A program made the position numbers and the translations under genes. Positions 1-7,628 of a stretch of DNA of 36,624 nucleotides are shown in pieces. The DNA comes from Anaerolineae bacterium. GTDB taxonomy: Bacteria; Chloroflexota; Anaerolineae; B4-G1; SLSP01. The stretch is taken from assembly GCA_049975025.1 (NCBI GenBank), contig JBNGDU010000116.1:1-36624 (forward strand). Direction: 5' to 3'. Numbering within the stretch: the stretch's first letter is position 1; every line of letters starts with the position of its first letter. The notes beneath the pieces were generated by a model. It saw nothing but the letters and a program-made list of their open reading frames with translations. It searched no databases and was not told the origin of the DNA.

Positions 1-552
1 GAGCAGCACCTTGTCCCCGGCGTCGCCGAATTCGCGGTCGACCATGATCTTGCGCAGAGCCGACTCGGCTTCCGCCTTGGTGTTGCAGACAAGCACTCCC
101 TTGCCGGCCGCGAGGCCGCTTGCCTTCACAACGAGCGGACCGCTGTGTTGCTCTAGCGCTGCGTGCGCTGCTTCGTAGTCCTCGAAGATCTCGGCCGGCG
201 CGGTGGGGATGTTTTCCTCGATCATGAATTGCTTCGCGAAGGCCTTGGATCCCTCCAACCGAGCGGCTGCGGCCTTGGGGCCGAAGGCGCGCAGGCCTGC
301 TGCCTCAAAGGCGTCGACGATGCCGTCGACGAGGGGCGCTTCGGGGCCGACCACCGTGAGATCAATCGCCTTGTCGCGGGCGAAGGTGACCAGTCGCTCG
401 ATGTCGCTGCTGTCAATGGGCACATTCTCCGCCAGGGCTGCCGTTCCGCCGTTACCCGGCGCGACGAAGATCCTGTCGACGCGCGGCGATTGGGCCAGCT
501 TCCAGGCCAGGGCGTGCTCGCGACCGCCGGAACCAATGACTAGAACTCGCAT
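1..552 (-). CDS. purD: Phosphoribosylamine--glycine ligase (GAR synthetase), 5' part only; the gene runs off the left edge
   Basis: Absent from the ORF track because there is no stop inside the window. Minus-strand translation from ATG 552-550 reads MRVLVIGSGGREHALAWKLAQSPRVDRIFVAPGNGGTA...GSKAFAKQFM...VVKASGLAAGKGV, a typical PurD N-terminus plus the start of the ATP-grasp domain. GAGAGGA lies 8 nt upstream (567-561). Confidence 0.9.
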   Translation of the reverse strand, partial: MRVLVIGSGGREHALAWKLAQSPRVDRIFVAPGNGGTAALAENVPIDSSDIERLVTFARDKAIDLTVVGPEAPLVDGIVDAFEAAGLRAFGPKAAAARLEGSKAFAKQFMIEENIPTAPAEIFEDYEAAHAALEQHSGPLVVKASGLAAGKGVLVCNTKAEAESALRKIMVDREFGDAGDKVLL

Positions 553-574
553 AAGTTCGATCCTCTCATTCTGG

Positions 575-698
575 CAAACGACAAATCATAAACCAACAAA
601 TCACAAATCACAAACCAACAAATCACAGATCACAAATCACAAACCGGCAAATGACAAATCAGAAATCGCGAATCACAAATCACAAATCGGCAAATCAC
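575..698. repeat. Degenerate tandem heptamer/octamer array, unit about (C)AAATCA(C) on the + strand
   Basis: Direct reading: caaacga caaatca taaacca ac aaatcac aaatcac aaaccaac aaatcac agatcac aaatcac aaaccggc aaatgac aaatcag aaatcgcg aatcac aaatcac aaatcggc aaatcac. It lies between the heparinase-like stop (722) and the purD start (552). Confidence 0.85.
585..613 (-). promoter_or_regulatory. Candidate sigma70-type promoter for purD, built from the heptamer repeats
   Basis: Minus strand: -35 TTGTGA (613-608), 17-nt spacer, -10 TATGAT (590-585), about 30 nt upstream of the purD ATG. Sequence match only. Confidence 0.3.
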
Positions 699-721
699 GG
701 GTCTCGGGAGCAGCAAGATGG

Positions 722-2497
722 CTATCCTGCGCAGCTCGTAGCCTCAAGGACCAGCGCCTTGTTCTTGTAGCTGAAGTCGTAGTGCTTGGCGTCGACCGTC
801 AGCCGCACGCCGGATCCGTCGATGGTGCAATCGACCTTGGGATCTCCGAAGGTGAGGAGTGCCACGTGGACGCTGTGGTCGCGGTCGTGCGCGTCCCGCC
901 ACGAGATGCGATGGATCGGCTGCCCTCGATTGCGCCGGTGTGTCCAATTGTCGGTGCGGTGAAAGCCGCTCTCGCTGAGCACGCGGACCTGCAGCGTGGC
1001 ATGCTCGCCTGCGATACGCCATCCGTCGCTGGTCGCCTCGGGCTGGAGTCGGGTCTGCAGATAGGCGCGCGTATAGTTGCGGAAAGCGGGGCGGCAGAGC
1101 ACGTCGTCGATGACCAGGACGTGAGCATCATCGATGAGCAGTAGATGCCGATTGTAGCGGGCCGTCGCCAGCGGGAAGGCCTCCTGGATGTCACAGCGGA
1201 GGTAGAAGCCGCCATCCAAGGGGGCGAGCTGCGTTATCCGAGCCGTCGCGTAGTCGGTCTGCTCGTAGTCGCGCACGGTGATGCAGTTGTGCTCGCTGGC
1301 GAGATTGACTCGATAGCCGGGATCACAGAGGAACCGCTCCTCGTCATAGCCCAGGACAAAGGTACCGAGATCGTCGTTGTCGTGGTTGCCGCCGTTGAAC
1401 CCCGACCGGAATCCCAGCCATGTGTGCTCACCGTGCCATGTGAGCCAATCGATGCCCTCGAAGTGACGGAGGGGGGCCAGCTGCGGGGGCTCGGTTGGTG
1501 CGAAGGACTCCCTGTACCAGAAGCTCTCGATATCGTGGAAGAGGCCGGGACGCCCGTGCTCTGCCGAGATCCGCCGGTCGTTGTCCCACGTCCAGTCGGG
1601 TCGATGCAGGTGGTGCGACCACCAGTAGAGATGGGGAAGCCCCAGCGGCCACGTGAACTCGCTGACGTCCGAGAAGTTGAGCACCCTGTCGTCGCCGCCC
1701 CACATGTAGAGCTTCCAGGTGATGGTATCTTGGATGTCGACGTTGTTCAACACGCCGAGATCCTCGCCCGTCAGCCGGTGGAGCGGCGCCACGAAGTCGG
1801 TTAGGTGGCCGATGGCGGTGTTGAAGTACATCACGCCCTCGATCCAGCCGCCATCAGGATAGAAGGCCTCGATCATATGCGGCAGGCCCGCCAGAACGTG
1901 ACCCAGCACTTTATCGGACAGCGCGCGGTCGATGGGCCGGACGATGAGGGCCGCCAGACCGGCGTTCGCATGGAGGGCAGAGTTCCAATTGAAGTCGCAG
2001 TCCACCCACCAGTCTTTGAGCTCAACACCCTGGAGGTAGGCGCGGAGCCCCTCGTCGATCAGGGTCCTCAGACACCGCTCTTTGAGGGAGACCGGCAGAT
2101 AAGCATAGAGGGCGTCGACGCCAAAAGCCACGTTGTAGAGCATCTCCCCCGTGGAGAGATCGGCAGCACGCAGCCCCTCGACGTAGTCGCCGCCGAACCA
2201 CCATAGCTCGGTGTGTTCGCAGCAGAGCTCCAGCGTCGAGAATGCAAGCTCGAGATAGCGCTCGTCCCCAGTGAGGTACCAGCCGACCACGGCGCGCTGC
2301 AGGCGGCTCTTGAGCGGACGCGATCCGATCCGGGGCACCTCCCTCAGCAGCGTCTCCAGCGCTGCGACGTTGTCCTGGTGTAACTGCGCGAAAAAGGGGT
2401 CATCGAGCTTGTCGGACAAGCTCTTCCAGCCTTCCTGATCCAAGAAGAGGCAGGGAAACGCCAAGTCGCCGAGATCGAGCTCTTCAGGTGTCATCAT
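722..2497 (-). CDS. Heparinase II/III-like polysaccharide lyase family protein (tentative family)
   Basis: 591-aa ORF running the same way as its neighbours. It has a Trp-rich N-terminal region (DWWVDCDFNWNSALHANAGLA), then a C-terminal region with GGNHDNDDLGTFVL. That resembles the His/Asp...G-(S/T)-F signature of heparinase II/III C-terminal domains. The family call is from memory, not from a search. Confidence 0.6.
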   Translation of the reverse strand: MMTPEELDLGDLAFPCLFLDQEGWKSLSDKLDDPFFAQLHQDNVAALETLLREVPRIGSRPLKSRLQRAVVGWYLTGDERYLELAFSTLELCCEHTELWWFGGDYVEGLRAADLSTGEMLYNVAFGVDALYAYLPVSLKERCLRTLIDEGLRAYLQGVELKDWWVDCDFNWNSALHANAGLAALIVRPIDRALSDKVLGHVLAGLPHMIEAFYPDGGWIEGVMYFNTAIGHLTDFVAPLHRLTGEDLGVLNNVDIQDTITWKLYMWGGDDRVLNFSDVSEFTWPLGLPHLYWWSHHLHRPDWTWDNDRRISAEHGRPGLFHDIESFWYRESFAPTEPPQLAPLRHFEGIDWLTWHGEHTWLGFRSGFNGGNHDNDDLGTFVLGYDEERFLCDPGYRVNLASEHNCITVRDYEQTDYATARITQLAPLDGGFYLRCDIQEAFPLATARYNRHLLLIDDAHVLVIDDVLCRPAFRNYTRAYLQTRLQPEATSDGWRIAGEHATLQVRVLSESGFHRTDNWTHRRNRGQPIHRISWRDAHDRDHSVHVALLTFGDPKVDCTIDGSGVRLTVDAKHYDFSYKNKALVLEATSCAG

Positions 2498-2552
2498 CGT
2501 ACCTTTCGCCTATCGACTCCACTACGAGAAAGACGATTTGCCGCGGAGATCC

Positions 2553-3965
2553 TCACACGGCGTGCTCAAAGATTTCCTTAGTCAGCGTCATCTCCACATC
2601 AACGGGATACTCTCCGCTGAAGCAGGCCTGGCAATGCCCACGTCCTCTGTGAGGCACTGCGCTGCGTAGGCCCGCCAGTGAGAGGTATCCCAGGCTGTCG
2701 ACTTTGATGTGTTCCGCGATCTCGTCGACTGAGAGACGAGCCGCGATCAGCTCCTGTCTTGATGCCATATCAACGCCCATGAAGCACGGGTGCTGAATCG
2801 GCGGCGATGCAACCCGCATGTGGATCTCCTTGGCTCCCGCCTGGCGCAGCAATGCGACGATCGGCCCACTGGTCGTGCCCCGCACGATCGAGTCGTCGAC
2901 CAGGACGATCCGCTTGCCGGTGAGGTCTGGGAGGGGATTGTACTTGAGTGCGACCTTGCGCTGGCGCAGCCGTTCGTCGGGTTGGATGAAGGTCCGTCCG
3001 ATGTAACGGTTCTTGATGAGTCCCTCGCCGTAGGGGATACCGGCTTCCTTGGCATATCCGATGGCGTGGGCGGTGGCGGAGTCGGGCACGCCGACGACCA
3101 TGTCGGCGTTGACCGGGCGCTCCTGGGCCAACCGAGCGCCCATCCGGCGCCGCACCCAGTGGACCGACTTGCCCTCCAGCACCGAATCGGGACGTGCGAA
3201 GTAGACGTACTCGAAGATGCACATCGCTGAACTGGGGGCGTGCGCCGTCTGCCAGGAGGTGACACCGTCCTGATCCAATCGCACGATTTCGCCGGGGTGG
3301 ATCTCGCGTTCGAAGGTAGCGTCGATGGTGCCGAGCGCGCAAGACTCCGATGCGATGACCCAGCCGCTGCCGTTGAGCTTGCCTAGGCAGAGGGGGCGGA
3401 AGCCCCAGGGGTCCCGTACCCCGTAGATCGCGTCCCTGGTCAGGATGGTGAGAGAGTAGGCACCCTCGGCGGTCTCCATAAAGTCGCGTATGCGTCTCTC
3501 CCAGGTCGAACCCTCAGCGCCCGCGAGCATTTGAGTGATCACCTCGCTGTCGGACGAGGAGCTGAGCCCCACGCCACGCTGGAGGAGATCCCGCCGCAGC
3601 TGCGGCGTGTTGGTGAGGTTGCCGTTGTGTGCGATCGCCAAAGGCCCCAGCGCCGTCTCGATCAAGTACGGCTGGGCGTTGGTGAGCCGCACGCTGCTTC
3701 CCGTCGTCGAATAGCGGTTGTGTCCGATGCTCATGTTGCCCCGTAGCACGGCCAGGTTGTCCTCGTTGAAGACCTGGGAGACCAGGCCGATCCCCTTGTG
3801 GATGTGCGCGACCCCCTGCTCCACCGTGCAGATACCGGCGCTCTCCTGGCCCCGGTGTTGGAGCGCGTAGAGTGCGAAGAAGGTCATCCTCGCCACGTCC
3901 ATGCCCGGCGCGTAGACGCCGCAGACCCCGCAGGCTTCCCGTGCTTTTTTCTTTGCTCTATACAT
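2553..3965 (-). CDS. purF: Amidophosphoribosyltransferase (glutamine PRPP amidotransferase), Fe-S/propeptide type
   Basis: The ORF track gives 2553-3977 (GTG start). ATG 3965 leaves an 11-residue propeptide before the catalytic Cys (MYRAKKKAREA-CGVCGV), as in Bacillus-type PurF. PRTase motif IVLVDDSIVRGTT is present. Cys residues in CIFEYVYFARPDS, CFMGV and CQACFSGEYP are typical of the 4Fe-4S form. Confidence 0.93.
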   Translation of the reverse strand: MYRAKKKAREACGVCGVYAPGMDVARMTFFALYALQHRGQESAGICTVEQGVAHIHKGIGLVSQVFNEDNLAVLRGNMSIGHNRYSTTGSSVRLTNAQPYLIETALGPLAIAHNGNLTNTPQLRRDLLQRGVGLSSSSDSEVITQMLAGAEGSTWERRIRDFMETAEGAYSLTILTRDAIYGVRDPWGFRPLCLGKLNGSGWVIASESCALGTIDATFEREIHPGEIVRLDQDGVTSWQTAHAPSSAMCIFEYVYFARPDSVLEGKSVHWVRRRMGARLAQERPVNADMVVGVPDSATAHAIGYAKEAGIPYGEGLIKNRYIGRTFIQPDERLRQRKVALKYNPLPDLTGKRIVLVDDSIVRGTTSGPIVALLRQAGAKEIHMRVASPPIQHPCFMGVDMASRQELIAARLSVDEIAEHIKVDSLGYLSLAGLRSAVPHRGRGHCQACFSGEYPVDVEMTLTKEIFEHAV

Positions 3966-4093
3966 TGCGATACTCACTCCCGGCTATCGTGATCGCGGAC
4001 CAAACTGCCCTGTGTGACTGTGCGCTTGGTGCAGAGCGTTTGCAGCGGGCGTTTTGATGGCGTGGTTTGTGTGAGAGGCGCGGCGCTGAAGCG

Positions 4094-4268
4094 CCTACTA
4101 CGAACCCCTTGAGCCGCTTCAGTAGCGTGGGTCACGCACCCTGATCCGCGTTGTACAGCCTCTCCCGCTGGATCTGCTGAGCCTACTACGAACCTCTTGC
4201 GCCGCTTCGGGAGTGTGGTCACGCGCCTTGGTCCGCGTTGTACAGCCTCTCCCGCTGGACCTGCTGAG
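4094..4268. repeat. Tandem duplication, two ~88-bp units; the second unit contains the purE stop and its last ~16 codons
   Basis: Unit 1 (4094-4181) and unit 2 (4182-4268) differ at about 10 positions plus 1 indel. Both start cctactacgaac and end ccgcgttgtacagcctctcccgctgga(t/c)ctgctgag. Confidence 0.9.
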
Positions 4269-4686
4269 CCTGCTGCACCGCGTGCTTCACATCGCCGTCG
4301 ACGAGCCCCAGCATCTTGGCGGCCAACAGCGCAGCGTTGCTCGGTTCAAGCACCACCGCGGGGGCCACGCCGGAGGGCGCGCGAAGGGAGGAGTAGATGT
4401 CCGCGCCGGCGAACTTTCTCGAGTAGGGCGGGCACGCGATGACCGGCGCTGTCACGGCAGCATCGACCATGCCGCTGAGGGCATTGCTCCGTCCGGCCAC
4501 GGTAATGTAGACTTTGGGCTCGTCCTCCGATTCGTATTCCGCCAGCATATTGAGCAGGTACTTCGGTGTCTTATGGGCCGAGGCCACGCGGGCCTCCCAC
4601 GTCAGCCCCAGTGCCTCCAGCGCCTCGGTGATCTGCTCGACGAACTCGCGGTCGCTGGGCGACCCCATTATCAAAATGACGTTCAT
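4219..4686 (-). CDS. purE: PurE-family protein with class II (AIR carboxylase-like) loop signatures
   Basis: The ORF is 4219-4743. I moved the start to ATG 4686 (MNVILIMGSPSD), which has GGAGA 7 nt upstream. Loops read SAHKTP and VAGRSNALSGMV...APVIACPP, close to the metazoan PAICS PurE domain (SAHKGP, AGRSNGLGP...PVISCPP). Class I PurE has SAHRTP and AGGAAHLPGM instead. Confidence 0.85.
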   Translation of the reverse strand: MNVILIMGSPSDREFVEQITEALEALGLTWEARVASAHKTPKYLLNMLAEYESEDEPKVYITVAGRSNALSGMVDAAVTAPVIACPPYSRKFAGADIYSSLRAPSGVAPAVVLEPSNAALLAAKMLGLVDGDVKHAVQQAQQVQRERLYNADQGA

Positions 4687-4746
4687 GGGTCCATCTCCTT
4701 CGAAGTTGGAACATCCGCCTGTTGAAACATTCCAACGTCTCACTCG

Positions 4747-6342
4747 TCAGTCATCTGTGGACAAACGTCGCTGTATCACAAGCACAACCGGGTCTCCCGT
4801 CTCCCCAAACGGATTCTCCACCATGGTAAGCCAGCCGGCGTCCTCGATCTCCACTTGGCGGCGCTCGCCGGTGAAGACGTCCATCCATTCGCCGGGGATA
4901 GGTGTTTCTGCTTTGAGGATCTGGCCGCGGTCGCCACGGGTGGCAGGCATTTCCGTGAGATCGACCAACACATCGCCGCCCTCAGGAAGATAGACGAGGT
5001 AAGCCTCGCCGGGCGCCGCGAGGCAGTAGCCCTGGTCCACCAGTGTGTTGAGCGACGTCATATGGTTGAAGGGCAGCTCGTCGAGCAGGTCCCTGAGATA
5101 GCGGTAGCGTTCCCACCCTGGCGGCTCTGGTTTGAAGCGGATGAGATCCCAGGAGGTGTTGGAGTAATAGTAGCAGGCGTAGGCCCCTGCCAGGTAGATG
5201 GCATAGGTCCAGAGCAGCACGTCCTGCCAGGGCGCTGTTGTGCGGCTCTGGTAGGTCCTGAGGGGCTCGACGCCCATCTCATAGCCGTACTCGATGTTGA
5301 TGTAGGGTTTTGGCCGAAGCTGTAGCTTTCGCCGCGCCTCGCGGTTGTAGCGGTCGATGTGGCTGAGGTGGATCTGGTCCGAGATGACGTCGCTGGCGGC
5401 GTCTGCCTCGGAGTAGCGACCTGAACTTCCTGCCTCGGCGTCGTGCACAGTCACCAGATGGCCATAGGCGTCGGTCTCGCGTATGAGCGCGATCCTACTG
5501 AGCGTGTAGTCGTGGCTGCCTGTCTCCCGCAGCAGATTGTAGCTCTCCTTGCCTATGTCCCAGATCACATTACCAAAGGCCTGGTAGCGAGCCACGACGT
5601 AGCGCCAGAAGGTCTCGTCCTCGAGAGAAAGCCGGTCGGGCCAGTTGACGTGTTTGTTCTGTACCTGGATCATGATGTGTGCCACGATGCCGCGCTCGGC
5701 CAACAGACACATCATGGCGTCGTAATCCTTGAAGAAGTCGACGTTGAGCCGGCTGTGGTCCGGGTCATCGTTAGTGCCCTCGAAGACGTACATATCGGGC
5801 GGCCCGTAGACGGTCCCCGGGATGATATCTCCTTCGAATCGGGATCCCGGCGTGGAGAAGCCGGTGTGAGCGTAGACGTTGGTCACGACGGCGTCGAAGC
5901 CGCGATCCGCGATCAGCCCGATGTGTTCCGCCGCCTTCTCCGGTTCGCGTTGATGGTACGCAAAGAGCCAGTCACACTCGAAACCCAGGTAGACCCAAGC
6001 TGTGCCGTCCTGCCAAGCGAAGCGCTGCGCGTTGGCGGGATCGATGCCCAGCGTGCCGTGCGCGTTCGGGTTCTCGGGCGGTGTGACCTCGATGGGCTCC
6101 AGCCAGACACCATCTAACCTCGGATCGTCCGACGAGGTCTGTCCCCGCCACCCGCCCTGCAGTGGGGGGCTGAAGCGGACGACGAATTCCTCGTCACCGT
6201 TGTAGAAGCCCGGTACTCGCTCGATCTTGACGCCTGATTTGTGCTCGAAGGTGGCCTCGAGCCGGAGGCGGAACGGATTGTCGTGCTCGGTGTCGCTCTG
6301 CAGCGTGAAGTCATAGATGCCATATTGGGGAATCTTGACCAT
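4747..6342 (-). CDS. Glycoside hydrolase-like protein (DUF5060-like N-terminal beta domain plus a region that may be a GH5/DUF4038-like TIM barrel); family tentative
   Basis: The ORF is 545 aa. I moved the start to ATG 6342 (MVKIPQYGIY), which has AAGGAG 8 nt upstream. Segments WDIGKESYN and INIEYGYE could hold the acid/base and nucleophile Glu of a clan GH-A enzyme. The domain calls are from memory. Confidence 0.6.
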   Translation of the reverse strand: MVKIPQYGIYDFTLQSDTEHDNPFRLRLEATFEHKSGVKIERVPGFYNGDEEFVVRFSPPLQGGWRGQTSSDDPRLDGVWLEPIEVTPPENPNAHGTLGIDPANAQRFAWQDGTAWVYLGFECDWLFAYHQREPEKAAEHIGLIADRGFDAVVTNVYAHTGFSTPGSRFEGDIIPGTVYGPPDMYVFEGTNDDPDHSRLNVDFFKDYDAMMCLLAERGIVAHIMIQVQNKHVNWPDRLSLEDETFWRYVVARYQAFGNVIWDIGKESYNLLRETGSHDYTLSRIALIRETDAYGHLVTVHDAEAGSSGRYSEADAASDVISDQIHLSHIDRYNREARRKLQLRPKPYINIEYGYEMGVEPLRTYQSRTTAPWQDVLLWTYAIYLAGAYACYYYSNTSWDLIRFKPEPPGWERYRYLRDLLDELPFNHMTSLNTLVDQGYCLAAPGEAYLVYLPEGGDVLVDLTEMPATRGDRGQILKAETPIPGEWMDVFTGERRQVEIEDAGWLTMVENPFGETGDPVVLVIQRRLSTDD

Positions 6343-6488
6343 GTCTTCATCTCCTTTCAGAATGCCCGATCTGGACGATCCCAACCTTGGCGGAAGCTAC
6401 GCGCGTCGCCCTGAGGGCGAGTCGATGGAGCCATCCAACAGCCCTGGGTTGAGAAAGCATCCCCGTGGCCTCCCGGAAGCTGATCCAT

Positions 6489-7445
6489 CTAGCCGAGATA
6501 CGATCGCAGGACGGCTTGGATCCGTGGGTCTGCGGGGTAGTCGCCCGGCTCAAAGGTCTGCCCGGACAGCCCCTCGTAGAGGCCAATGTAGCGGCGGGCA
6601 GCCTCCGCGATCACGTCGGCGGGCAGTTCCGGCGGCGTGCCGTCGCCGCGGTAGTTCTGCTCCGCGTACCAGAGGCGGACGTACTCCTTGTCCCACTGGT
6701 CCGGCTGAGGCTCGTCCATCGTGTCGGCCCGCCAGAAGCGGCTGGAGTCCGGCGTGTGCACCTCGTCAATCAACATCAAGGCGCCGTCGGTTCCTCGACC
6801 GAACTCGTACTTGGTGTCCACGAGGCAGAACCCTGCGGCCTGGGCGATCGTCTGGCCCCGTTCGAAGATGGCGAGGGCAGCGTCCTGGACCGTTTCCCAG
6901 GTCCTGGCCTCGAGAAAGCCGCGGGTGACCACCTCGTCGCAGGTGAGGCGCTCGTCGTGCTCACCGGGGCCGGCCTTGGTCGTCGGTGTGATAATGGGCT
7001 TCGGCAGTGGATCGTTCTTCTGAAGGCCGTCGGGGAAGGTGTGACCGTAAATCTCGCGGTGGCCCGACGCGTAGAGCGTCCAGAGCGACGTCTTGGTGGA
7101 GCCGGTGATGGAGCCCCGAACGATGACCTCCACCGGCAGCGGCTCGCACTCACGGACGAGGCTGACGCTGGGGTCGACCACCTCCAGCAGGTGGCTGGGC
7201 ACCACGTCCGCGGTCCGCTCGAACCAGAACGCGCTCAACTGGTTGAGCACCTGACCCTTATAGGGCAGGGCCGCGAGCACGACGTCGAAGGCGGAGAGAC
7301 GGTCCGTTGTCACAAGCAGCCGCCGATCGTCCGGCAGCATAAAGGACTCGCGGACTTTGCCGCTCTTGCGATCGTACGGCCAATCGAGATCGAGGCTTCG
7401 GAGAGCGTGGGGTATCATGGTTTTCAGCGTTTCGTGATCAAGCAT
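6489..7445 (-). CDS. purC: Phosphoribosylaminoimidazole-succinocarboxamide (SAICAR) synthase, long form
   Basis: The ORF is 6489-7478. I prefer ATG 7445 (MLDHETL) because AGGAGG lies 4 nt upstream. Motifs SGKVRES, TTDRLSAFD and LVDTKYEFG are present. Confidence 0.92.
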   Translation of the reverse strand: MLDHETLKTMIPHALRSLDLDWPYDRKSGKVRESFMLPDDRRLLVTTDRLSAFDVVLAALPYKGQVLNQLSAFWFERTADVVPSHLLEVVDPSVSLVRECEPLPVEVIVRGSITGSTKTSLWTLYASGHREIYGHTFPDGLQKNDPLPKPIITPTTKAGPGEHDERLTCDEVVTRGFLEARTWETVQDAALAIFERGQTIAQAAGFCLVDTKYEFGRGTDGALMLIDEVHTPDSSRFWRADTMDEPQPDQWDKEYVRLWYAEQNYRGDGTPPELPADVIAEAARRYIGLYEGLSGQTFEPGDYPADPRIQAVLRSYLG

Positions 7446-7628
7446 ATGACCTCCTACTCTTGTTAGGGTGCGCCCCACCTATCGTTGGTGGCGTGTGCCT
7501 GGACGTCAGACATGCCCCGCATACCAGGTTCAGCGCACTTGGTTTCAAGATCTCATCGCCAGCTTGGTTGCGAAACGTCAGACGACTTCCCCAGATGAGC
7601 CCTACCCGAGTGCGTCGCACCGATATCA
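7446..7628 (-). promoter_or_regulatory. Conserved intercistronic element, copy 1 (purQ-purC spacer); candidate structured RNA
   Basis: It shares ordered boxes with 8475-8670. These are GGTGCGACGCAC (7621-7610), GATGAGATCTTGAAACCAAGTGCGCTG (7557-7531), a CCTGG/CCAGG hairpin (7528-7498), CACACGCCACCA (7497-7486) and GGTGGGGCGCAC (7479-7468). AGGAGG follows (7455-7450). Confidence 0.45.

Noticed and set aside
575-698. The heptamer array as a CRISPR array or minisatellite-encoded peptide
   Set aside because: The units are 7-8 nt with no spacers, far below CRISPR repeat size, and no cas genes are present. The ORF through it is a repeat translation only.
203-1144. 313-aa + strand ORF crossing the purD start, the heptamer array and the heparinase-like gene
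   Set aside because: It is antisense to two well-supported genes. Its middle is a translation of the heptamer array (TNHKPTNHKSQTNKSQITNHK), and the rest is Ala/Arg/Ser-rich text typical of wrong-frame ORFs in GC-rich DNA.
4081-4110. GGCGC-TGAA-GCGCC hairpin as a purE terminator
   Set aside because: On the sense (minus) strand the 5-bp stem is not followed by a U tract, and purF lies directly downstream in the same orientation. It is reported only as part of the duplication finding.
6465-7466. 333-aa + strand ORF
   Set aside because: It is fully antisense to purC, which has clear family motifs. It has no motifs of its own. Long antisense ORFs are expected at this GC content.
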